Shown piece by piece: positions 55,178 through 62,885 of a stretch of 64,000 bases of DNA (positions are counted from its first letter, which is position 1; every line of letters begins with the position of its first letter). Both the position numbers and the translations under genes were made by a program. Source of the stretch: Bacillota bacterium (GTDB lineage: Bacteria > Bacillota > Dehalobacteriia > UBA4068); NCBI GenBank assembly GCA_030527285.1, contig JAUNBC010000004.1, positions 5,781 to 69,780 of the forward strand. The letters run 5' to 3'. Under the pieces are notes generated by a model, which did not search any database, was not told the DNA's origin, and saw nothing but the letters and a program-made list of their open reading frames with translations.

Positions 55178-55809
55178 TCGAGATAGATAATATCAATTTC
55201 AGTTATCCGCGCGCCCAGCAGCCGGTTTTCACCGCTTTTTCATTATGCGTGGAAAAGGGCGGCGTGACCGCGCTCAGCGGGCCGAACGGCTGCGGTAAAA
55301 CGACATTGGCGCGGCTGATCGTCGGTTTGCTGCGCCCTTCGGCGGGGCGTATCGTCATCGACGGTACGGATATCGCGCCGCTCAATTTGTTTGAGATCGG
55401 GCAGCGCGCCGGCTATTTATTCCAAAACCCCAACCGTCAGCTGTTCAATACCTCGGTCTATGAGGAGATCGCCGTCGGCCTGCGTAATCGCGGGCTGGCC
55501 GCGGACGTTGTCGAGCGGCGGGTTGCCGAGCTGCTGGAGGATTTTTATCTCACCGCTTATCGCGACGTTTTTCCGCTGCAATTATCGCTGGGCGAGCGTC
55601 AGCGCGTGGCTTTGGCCGCGGTGCTGGCTTTGGACAGCGATTATCTGCTGCTCGACGAGCCGACCTGCGGCTTGGATATGCGTTGCCGGCGGCAGCTGGG
55701 CGAATTGCTGCTTGACCTTTGCGCGCGCCGGCAGCGGGGGCTGCTCGTGATCAGCCATGAGCGGAGCTTCATTCGCCGCTACTGCGATAGAGAGCTGGTG
55801 CTCGGATGA
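55174..55809 (+). CDS. ECF/ABC transporter ATPase (dedicated module, A')
   Basis: Start MIEIDNINFSYP, ATGA overlap. GPNGCGKTT, LSLGERQR, LLLDEP. Confidence 0.88.
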   Translation: MIEIDNINFSYPRAQQPVFTAFSLCVEKGGVTALSGPNGCGKTTLARLIVGLLRPSAGRIVIDGTDIAPLNLFEIGQRAGYLFQNPNRQLFNTSVYEEIAVGLRNRGLAADVVERRVAELLEDFYLTAYRDVFPLQLSLGERQRVALAAVLALDSDYLLLDEPTCGLDMRCRRQLGELLLDLCARRQRGLLVISHERSFIRRYCDRELVLG

Positions 55810-56540
55810 ACCTCTACCGGCGCGATGCGCGGCTGAAGCTGCTGATGCTGCTGATGATATCGGGAACGGCGATGTTCGTCGCCCGTCCGCCGCAATTGCT
55901 GGCGCTGCTGGGCTTGACGCTGCTGATACTGCTATGCGGGCGCGTCGATCCGCGGCAGACATGGCGGCAGGCACGCCGCATACTCGGCCTGCTGCTGATG
56001 CTGTTCATACTGCAATGTTTGTTCAATCGCGGCGGCGAGCCGCTGCTGGCTGCCGGCGATCTCACGCTCGTCACCAGCGAGGGTTTGCGGCTGTCCACCG
56101 TGGTCAGCCTGCGTTTGCTGATCGTGGTGCTGACGGCGCTGATCGTGCTGAACGGCCGCACCGACGATTATCTGCTGGCCTTCACCCAATGCCATATGCC
56201 GTATGAGCTGGCGTTCATGTTGATGGCGGCGCTGCGCTTCCTGCCGCTGCTGCGCGAGGAGGCGCTGGACATATACGCGGCCACGCAAATGCGCGGCGTG
56301 GATATCGCGGGCGCGCGCCTTGGGCAAAAGCTGCGCCTGTACCTGAATATGTGCCTGCCGGTGGTGGCGGGCGCGATACGCCGCAGCGAAGAGATGTCGT
56401 TGGCCATGGAGGCGCGCTGCTTCCGCATTTTGCCGCAGCGCACCGCCCTGCGCCGCCTGCGTTTTGACCGCGCCGACCGGTGGTGGCTGGCGGCCTTTTT
56501 TCTCGCTTATGCCGGGATAATCATTGCCTTCGCCGCTTGA
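55806..56540 (+). CDS. ECF transporter T component (CbiQ family), dedicated module
   Basis: ATGA overlap. Multi-TM protein with coupling motifs YAATQMRGVD and SLAMEARCF. Confidence 0.85.
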   Translation: MNLYRRDARLKLLMLLMISGTAMFVARPPQLLALLGLTLLILLCGRVDPRQTWRQARRILGLLLMLFILQCLFNRGGEPLLAAGDLTLVTSEGLRLSTVVSLRLLIVVLTALIVLNGRTDDYLLAFTQCHMPYELAFMLMAALRFLPLLREEALDIYAATQMRGVDIAGARLGQKLRLYLNMCLPVVAGAIRRSEEMSLAMEARCFRILPQRTALRRLRFDRADRWWLAAFFLAYAGIIIAFAA

Positions 56541-56565
56541 CAAGGGGCGGGCATACTATTATACT
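56537..56565 (+). promoter_or_regulatory. candidate internal sigma-A promoter for yqeC-yqeB-xdhC-selD
   Basis: TTGACA (56537-56542, overlapping the ecfT stop), 17 nt, TATACT (56560-56565). Confidence 0.5.
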
Positions 56566-56591
56566 GAAACGAGAACAGACGGGAGTACGCT

Positions 56592-57308
56592 ATGTTGCTG
56601 TCCGAGGCTTTGCAAATACCCAACGGCATAACGGCGGTGGTGGGCGGCGGTGGTAAAACCAGTCTGATCGACGCTTTGGCGCGGGAGTTATCCGCGCGGG
56701 GCAAGGTGCTGATCTATACCACCACGCATATCATGCGTCCGCGCGAGCATTTGACGATGATCGAGCCGCTGCCGGCGCATATACGCGCGGCCTTTGCTCA
56801 ACAGCAGGTGATAGTGGCGGGCATGGAGTGTGCGGACGGGCGGCTGGGCGCTTTCCCGCCTTTGGAGCGCCATCTGAGCTCGCTCGCCGATTACGTGCTG
56901 GTCGAGGCTGACGGAGCCAAGCGTTTGCCGGTCAAAGCGCCGGCCGCGCATGAGCCGGTATTGCCGGCCGATACCAGGCTGGTGATCGCCGTGGCCGGAC
57001 TGGACGCGCTGGGGCGGCGCATCGCCGATGCGGCCTTTCGCGCGCCCCTGTACGCGAGCCTGCTGCGTAAGAGTATAGACTCGGTGATAACCGCGGATGA
57101 TATAGCCACGGTATTGATGCATCCTCAGGGACAGATGAAAAACGTCAAATGCGCCGCGGCCTACGTGCTGAACAAGGCCGATGATCAACAAAGGCAGACG
57201 GCGGCGGCCGTGATCGCCGCGCGGCTGGACGCGCCGGCAGCGGTCACGGTATTGGCCGGGCAGCCGCGGTTGATCAGCTTGTGGAGGGATAGTAAATGCT
57301 TGTTTTGA
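56592..57308 (+). CDS. yqeC: selenium-dependent hydroxylase accessory protein YqeC
   Basis: ITAVVGGGGKTSLIDALAREL P-loop-like N-terminus, about 238 aa. Synteny with yqeB and selD. Confidence 0.8.
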   Translation: MLLSEALQIPNGITAVVGGGGKTSLIDALARELSARGKVLIYTTTHIMRPREHLTMIEPLPAHIRAAFAQQQVIVAGMECADGRLGAFPPLERHLSSLADYVLVEADGAKRLPVKAPAAHEPVLPADTRLVIAVAGLDALGRRIADAAFRAPLYASLLRKSIDSVITADDIATVLMHPQGQMKNVKCAAAYVLNKADDQQRQTAAAVIAARLDAPAAVTVLAGQPRLISLWRDSKCLF

Positions 57309-58096
57309 TCAAGGGAGCCGGCGATCTGGCCAGCGGCGTAGCCGTGCGGCTGCATCGCGCCGGTTATGATATCGTGATGACCGATCTGCCGCGGCCGACG
57401 GCGATACGCCGCAGCGTCGCCTTTTGCGAGGCGATTATCGACGGCAGCGCCGAGCTGGAAGGCATACGCGCCGTGCTGGCGGCGGACAGCGGCGAGGCGC
57501 GGGCTATCGTCGCGCGCGGCGAGATAGCGGTGCTGGCCGACGCCGAGGCGCTCTGCGTCGACGGGCTTGCGCCGCAGGTCGTGGTCGATGCGATATTAGC
57601 CAAACATAATCTCGGCACCTCGATCAAGGACGCGCCGCTGGTGATCGGCCTCGGCCCCGGTTTTTACGCGGGCCGTGATTGCCACGCGGTGATCGAGACG
57701 ATGCGCGGCCATGATCTGGGGCGGGTGATATGGGACGGCGCGGCTGCCGCCAATACCGGCGTACCCGGGGAGATCGCGGGCTATGCCGCCGAGCGCCTGC
57801 TGCGCACGCCGCAGTCCGGCGTATTCCGTGAGCTGGCGCGTATCGGCGATATCGTGGAGGCCGGCGCGGTGGTGGCGGAGGTGGACGGCCAGCCGGTGCG
57901 GGCGAATATCGGCGGCGTATTGCGCGGGCTGCTGCGCAGCGGCGTCAGCGTAACGGCGAACATGAAATGCGGCGACGTGGATCCGCGCGGCCGCGTTGAA
58001 TACTGTCGCAGCGTTTCCGATAAGGCGCGCGCCATCGGCGGCGGCGTGCTGGAGGCGATATTATATTTTCAAAGGAGCGGTAAAAATGAAGGATAA
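57296..58096 (+). CDS. yqeB: selenium-dependent molybdenum hydroxylase system protein, YqeB (EF2563) family
   Basis: MLVLIKGAGDLASGVAVRLHRAGYDIVMTDLPRPTAIRRSVAFCEAIIDG matches my recollection of the family N-terminus. 13-nt overlap with yqeC. Confidence 0.8.
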   Translation: MLVLIKGAGDLASGVAVRLHRAGYDIVMTDLPRPTAIRRSVAFCEAIIDGSAELEGIRAVLAADSGEARAIVARGEIAVLADAEALCVDGLAPQVVVDAILAKHNLGTSIKDAPLVIGLGPGFYAGRDCHAVIETMRGHDLGRVIWDGAAAANTGVPGEIAGYAAERLLRTPQSGVFRELARIGDIVEAGAVVAEVDGQPVRANIGGVLRGLLRSGVSVTANMKCGDVDPRGRVEYCRSVSDKARAIGGGVLEAILYFQRSGKNEG

Positions 58097-59093
58097 GGTT
58101 TTAGCGGCGGTGGCGGCGGAATTGCGCGCCGGAGGAGCCGGGTATCTATATACGCTGATCGACGGCGAGTATGCCGGCAGTAAAGCTTATTTCGGCGCTG
58201 CGCGGGTATGCAATAACGACGACCTGCTGCCTTTGTTCGAACAGCTGCGGCAAAGCCGTCCGCAGCCGGACGGCGTGATCGACAGCGTCGCCGGTCATGT
58301 CTTTTGCGAGCGCATCCAACCGCGTCCGCGCTTATGTATTTGCGGCGGCGGGCATGTATCGCTGCCCCTGGCGCAGATCGCCGATATGCTCGGCTTTGCC
58401 GTGACGGTGCTCGACGACCGCGAGGAATTCGCCAATGCGCGGCGCTTCCCGCAGGCGGAGCTGTATTGCGGCGATTTCGTCAGCGGCTTGCAAGCCTTCG
58501 GCGGCGGGAGCAATGATTATTTCGTCATTATCACCTCCGGCCATCTCCATGACCGCGCCTGTTTGGAGCAGATATTGCGCGGTAAATATGCTTATGTGGG
58601 GATGATCGGCTCCAGACCCAAGCGCAAGGCGGTATATGAGCAAATGCTGGCGCAGGGCTTTACGCAGGCGCAGTTAGATACCGTGCATTCGCCGATCGGC
58701 CTGAATATCGGCGCGGAAACTCCGGCGGAGATAGCGGTGTGCATCGCCGCCGAGATCATCGAGGTCAAATCGCGCATCGGCGGAGTCGGCTGGGAGCCGG
58801 CGCTGCTCGAGGCGCTGCAAGCGCAGCAGAAGCCGGCGGCGTTGGTGGTGATCGTCGATCAGCGCGGCTCCTCGCCGCGCGGCGTGGGCGCGCGTATGCT
58901 GGTGCGCGCCGACGGCAGCATTGCCGGCACTGTGGGCGGCGGCAGCTCCGAGGCCGAGGCGATACGCGCGGCGGTCAAGATCGCGGACGCGGGCGGCAGC
59001 GGCGTGTTCCATTGCGATATGACCAATACCTCGGCCGTGGAGCAGGGGATGGTATGCGGCGGGACGATCGACGTATTTATCGAGGCAATATGA
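58086..59093 (+). CDS. xdhC: XdhC/CoxI family molybdenum-cofactor insertion/maturation protein
   Basis: Start MKDKVLAAV, 11-nt overlap with yqeB. Rossmann segment LCICGGGHVSLPLAQIADMLGFAVTVLDDR. Canonical XdhC_CoxI motifs (GSSPRGVGARMLV...GTVGGGSSE...MVCGGTIDVFIE) at the C-terminus. Confidence 0.8.
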   Translation: MKDKVLAAVAAELRAGGAGYLYTLIDGEYAGSKAYFGAARVCNNDDLLPLFEQLRQSRPQPDGVIDSVAGHVFCERIQPRPRLCICGGGHVSLPLAQIADMLGFAVTVLDDREEFANARRFPQAELYCGDFVSGLQAFGGGSNDYFVIITSGHLHDRACLEQILRGKYAYVGMIGSRPKRKAVYEQMLAQGFTQAQLDTVHSPIGLNIGAETPAEIAVCIAAEIIEVKSRIGGVGWEPALLEALQAQQKPAALVVIVDQRGSSPRGVGARMLVRADGSIAGTVGGGSSEAEAIRAAVKIADAGGSGVFHCDMTNTSAVEQGMVCGGTIDVFIEAI

Positions 59094-59144
59094 TCAAACA
59101 GCTTGCCTGTTGGCATTGAGATTGTACGAAAGGGGGAATGCGTC

Positions 59145-60200
59145 ATGGCCGTTGACCAGGATCACCGAGAGCAGATCAAGCTGACTTCATTAGCCTCCTG
59201 CTCTGGCTGAGGAGCGAAAGTCGGCGCAGGCGCGCTGGCGCAATTATTGGAGGGCATCAGGGTACGCTATGATGAAAACCTGCTCGTCGGCTTCGATAAG
59301 TCCGACGACGCCTCGGTGTATAAGCTCAATGATGAATTAGCCATTGTGCAGACGGTGGACTTTTTCCCGCCGATCGCCGACGATCCCTATCTGTTCGGCC
59401 AGATCGCCGCGGCCAACGCATTATCGGACGTTTACGCGATGGGCGGCGAGCCCAAGCTGGCGCTGAACCTGCTGTGCTTCCCTGAGGACTTGCCGCGGCA
59501 TATCGTGCATGAGATCTTGCGCGGCGGCTATGACAAGGCCTATGAGGCCGGCGTGATCATTACCGGCGGGCACAGCATCTTTGACCCCGAGCCAAAATAC
59601 GGTCTGTGCGTGACCGGCTTCGTGCATCCGCAAAAGCTGCTGACCAACAGCGGCGCCAAGGCAGGCGACGTGCTGTATCTGACCAAGCGGCTGGGCATCG
59701 GCGTGATGACTACCGCCAACAAGGCGGGCCTGCTGTCGGCGGCGGGGCTGGAGACGGCGATGACGCAGATGGCGACGCTGAACAAGGCGGCGCGTGACGT
59801 GCTGGTCAAATACCGCGTCCACGCCGTCACCGACGTTACCGGCTTCTCGCTGCTCGGTCACGCTTTGGAGATGGCCGCCGGCAGCAAGGCGGCGATCGAG
59901 ATCGACACGGCGGCGGTGGATATCATCCCCGAGGCGCTGGAGCACGCGGCGGCGGGGCTGCTGCCGGGCGGTATGTACCGCAACCGCGATTTTGCCGAGG
60001 CGCAGGTCGAGGCCGGAGACGTGGGGCAGCTGCTTTGCGACATGCTCTATGATCCGCAGACCTCGGGCGGGCTGCTGATTGCCGTGGACGCGGGCGACGC
60101 CGACGCGATGGGAGCGGAATTAGCGGGCGCGGTCCCGTCGGCGCAGCGTATCGGGCGGGTGATCGAGTATAACGGCGGCAAGCGGGTATTCCTCAAGTAA
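59145..60200 (+). CDS. selD: selenide, water dikinase (selenophosphate synthetase) with in-frame UGA selenocysteine at codon 22
   Basis: ATG 59145, 7 nt after AAGGGGGA. MAVDQDHREQIKLTSLASCSG-U-GAKVGAGALAQLLEGIRVRYDENLLVGFD... restores the SelD glycine-rich active-site loop. The only in-frame stop before 60198 is TGA 59208-59210. The track ORF starts artificially at TTG 59247. Confidence 0.9.
59208..59210 (+). other. UGA selenocysteine recoding codon in selD
   Basis: The TGA aligns with the catalytic Cys/Sec position (G-[CU]-G-x-K) of SelD. The reading frame is continuous across it. Confidence 0.8.
59224..59241 (+). promoter_or_regulatory. candidate SECIS-like GC-rich hairpin downstream of the UGA
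   Basis: Imperfect palindrome GCGCAGGCGCGCTGGCGC beginning 14 nt after the UGA. Not folded computationally. Confidence 0.25.
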
Positions 60201-60243
60201 AAACGGTTGAAAACCGTTTATCCCGACGCCAATCAATACAGTA

Positions 60244-60284
60244 AAAAACTGCCCTTAGGCGATACGCCTAAGGGCAGTTTTTTT
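60244..60284. terminator. bidirectional rho-independent terminator between selD and pepD
   Basis: AAAAA-CTGCCCTTAGGCG-ata-CGCCTAAGGGCAG-TTTTTTT. Confidence 0.85.
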
Positions 60285-60296
60285 ACCGGCTGGTTT

Positions 60297-61856
60297 TCAG
60301 ATATTGCTCAGCGTGGTTTGCAGCAGCTGTACGGTTTTGCCGATCGAGGACAGAGTCACGCTTTCCAGCGGCGAATGAGTGCCGCTGATGCTCGGGCCGA
60401 TGCTGATCATTTGCAGCGCGCTGTTCTTGGCGGCAAAAAAGCCTAACTCGCTGCCGCCATAGGCGACCAGCGTTTGCATCTGCTCGCCATAGAGGTCGGC
60501 ATAGACCTCGGCGGTGATCAACTGCAGCTGATTATCGGCGGCGGCCGGCCAGACCGGTATCGCGTCGCTGCTTACGGCGGTAAGCAGGCATTGCTCGGCC
60601 AGACGCTGCTGGCGCAGCAGCGCTTGGCCGAGCAGCAGCGTATGCGAGCTGCGCAGATTGCGGTCAAAGCCGGCCTGCGTGGCGCTGATCTGTACGTTAT
60701 ACAAGGTGGCGGAATTTACCAGCCCGTCGGCGGCGGAAACGCTTTGCTGCCCCTCGGGCGACAGCAGGATGAAGTTGAGCAGGTTATTACGCTCGCTGGT
60801 GCTCATTACCAGCGACGGCAGCTCGACCTTCTCATAGCTGACGGTGATACCCGGCTCGCTGGCGGCGTAGGTCAGCGGTAATTGCTCCTGATACTGCGAG
60901 ATCTGATGCGAGAGTATCAATTCCTCGGCCGCGTCGATGACGATCAACGCGCTGGCCGTATGGGGCGTGGTGTTAGGCTCGCTGCCGCCTTGCAGCTGAG
61001 CCAGCTCGAACAGTATATTCTGCGATTGCAGATCGGCGAGGATATTGGCCAGAAGCAGTACGGCGTTGAGCCGGCTCTCGCTGCTCTCGCTGGTGGCGTA
61101 GCCGCCCTGTAAGCCGCCGACGCTGATACGCACGGCGGTGTTCTTCTTCGGCGCGGTCGGGTTGAGCGCGGCGGTGGCGGTCAGAGTTTGCTCCGCCGAT
61201 GCGCCGATGGTCAGCGTATCGTCGGATTTGGCGTCGAGGTTGATCACGTAAGTAACGTCGCTGAGGCGTTCGGCAGAAATGGCGGCCGCGCCGCTCATAT
61301 CGCCTTCGCCATTGCTGGTGAAGATCAGGCGCAGCGGGCCATGCGGCAGCTCGGCGCGTAGTAAATACAGAGCCATCGCCATGCCGACGCCGTTATCCGC
61401 GCCGAGGCTGGTATTGTCCGCGCTCAGGGTCTCGCCGTCATTGAGCAGGGTGACGGCGTCGGTCAGCGGGTCGTATTCCACGCCCTCGGCAGCGACGCAG
61501 AACATATCCAGATGCGTATGGATAACGGTGAGCGGGCTGTCCGCATATTCGGCGCTGGCCGGTATATCGACGATGATATTATGCAGCGCGTCGCGCTGCG
61601 GCTGATAGCCCAGATCGAGCAGCCGCTGACATATATAGTCGGCGATAGCCTGCTCATTGCCGCTGCTGCGCGGGATGGCGGAGATGGCGGTGAATTCCTC
61701 GACGATCATTTCGACGGCGGCGGCTATCTCTTCGTCATTGAGCGCGCTGTCGGTATCGACCTGGACGGTCAGCTCCGGCGGCGCGGTACAGCCGCAAAGC
61801 AGCGTCAGCAGCAGTATTGTTATTATGGCGATGGTCAGCAGTTTTTTCTTATACAT
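60297..61856 (-). CDS. pepD: aminoacyl-histidine dipeptidase (PepD, M20C) with lipoprotein-type signal peptide
   Basis: M20 motifs HTHLDMFCV and GADNGVGMAMAL. N-terminus MYKKKLLTIAIITILLLTLLCGCTAPP. RBS AGGAG. Confidence 0.85.
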   Translation of the reverse strand: MYKKKLLTIAIITILLLTLLCGCTAPPELTVQVDTDSALNDEEIAAAVEMIVEEFTAISAIPRSSGNEQAIADYICQRLLDLGYQPQRDALHNIIVDIPASAEYADSPLTVIHTHLDMFCVAAEGVEYDPLTDAVTLLNDGETLSADNTSLGADNGVGMAMALYLLRAELPHGPLRLIFTSNGEGDMSGAAAISAERLSDVTYVINLDAKSDDTLTIGASAEQTLTATAALNPTAPKKNTAVRISVGGLQGGYATSESSESRLNAVLLLANILADLQSQNILFELAQLQGGSEPNTTPHTASALIVIDAAEELILSHQISQYQEQLPLTYAASEPGITVSYEKVELPSLVMSTSERNNLLNFILLSPEGQQSVSAADGLVNSATLYNVQISATQAGFDRNLRSSHTLLLGQALLRQQRLAEQCLLTAVSSDAIPVWPAAADNQLQLITAEVYADLYGEQMQTLVAYGGSELGFFAAKNSALQMISIGPSISGTHSPLESVTLSSIGKTVQLLQTTLSNI

Positions 61857-61884
61857 GAGCGGCTCCTTTGTGATTTTGCCGGCG

Positions 61885-62730
61885 TTATTTATCCAGCCAT
61901 TGGCGGTGACGGCCGGCGCGTACCTGCTCGATCAGCTCCTGCGATATCGAGGCCATGGTCGGGTTTTCCGGTATCTCATCGCGGTTGAACCAGCGCAGTT
62001 CGCTCAATTCGCCGTCCAGCATTTGCGGTTTGCTATCGCCGTCCAGCTCGGCGAAAAAGCCGATCATGATCGTATCGGAAAAGGCCCAGGGCTGGCTTTG
62101 ATAATAGCGGATATTGCGTATATGCAGGCCGGTTTCTTCAAAGACCTCGCGCGCTACCGCCTGCTCAAGGGTCTCGCCGATCTCGAGAAAGCCGGCGATC
62201 AGCGCGAACCGTTTGTAGGTGCTGCGTTTATTCTTGGCCATCAGCAGCCGCTCGCCGTCGGTGACGGCGACGATGATAGCCGGAGCGATCTTCGGGTATT
62301 CGATCATCCCGCAGTCAGCGCAGACGCGGGCGCGCTCGGCGAGGCTGTCGCTCATCGGCTTGCCGCAGCGCCCGCAATACTGATGCGCGCTGTACCAGCG
62401 GTATAATTGCAGGCCGGTGATACCGGCAAAAGCCAAATGCTGCGGCTGATAGGTGCGGAATTGCAGCGTGTCTTGAAAAGACCAGCCGGCGGGCGGCGGG
62501 CCGGCGCCGCTATCGGCGCAGAGGAAGAAACGCTGCTCGTCGATGGCGAACAGATAGCGATACTCATGGAGCGGTAAAGCGGCGGCCTGCCGCAATTCGC
62601 CGACGGTAGGCAGCCTGTCGCCGGTCATCAGCACCGTATTGCCGCGATAAAGCAGCGCGATATCCGTATCCGCCGGCCGCGCGAGGGAGAAGCTGTTATC
62701 AAATTGATGCGGCGCGATCTGATGTATCAT
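61885..62730 (-). CDS. nudC: NAD(+) diphosphatase (NADH pyrophosphatase, Nudix)
   Basis: Zinc ribbon CGRCGKPMSDSLAERARVCADCG. Nudix box GFLEIGETLEQAVAREVFEETG. NudC signature SQPWAFS. Confidence 0.88.
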   Translation of the reverse strand: MIHQIAPHQFDNSFSLARPADTDIALLYRGNTVLMTGDRLPTVGELRQAAALPLHEYRYLFAIDEQRFFLCADSGAGPPPAGWSFQDTLQFRTYQPQHLAFAGITGLQLYRWYSAHQYCGRCGKPMSDSLAERARVCADCGMIEYPKIAPAIIVAVTDGERLLMAKNKRSTYKRFALIAGFLEIGETLEQAVAREVFEETGLHIRNIRYYQSQPWAFSDTIMIGFFAELDGDSKPQMLDGELSELRWFNRDEIPENPTMASISQELIEQVRAGRHRQWLDK

Positions 62731-62757
62731 GCTGCGGCTCCGTTAAAAATATGGATT

Positions 62758-62786
62758 ATTATATCACTTCTGCCCGTATATTTCAA
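62758..62786 (-). promoter_or_regulatory. sigma-A type promoter for nudC(-pepD)
   Basis: Minus strand TTGAAA (complement of 62781-62786), 17 nt, TATAAT (complement of 62758-62763). Confidence 0.7.
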
Positions 62787-62821
62787 AGGAAATCTCCGTC
62801 GTTCGCCGGTGTGTAAGCGGC

Positions 62822-62863
62822 GCACAGGAGCGGCATGAGTTTGCGCTCATACCGCTCCTGTGC
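62822..62863 (-). terminator. long hairpin downstream of typA
   Basis: GCACAGGAGCGGcATGAG-tttgcg-CTCATaCCGCTCCTGTGC (17 bp, one mismatch). No clear U-tract. Confidence 0.5.
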
Positions 62864-62885
62864 TCTGAATAATGCCGCGTGGCAG

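Noticed and set aside
59247-59249. TTG 59247 as the selD start (as in the ORF track)
   Set aside because: It would delete the catalytic N-terminal loop. The upstream in-frame ATG 59145 has a proper SD, and the intervening TGA aligns with the Cys/Sec active-site position.
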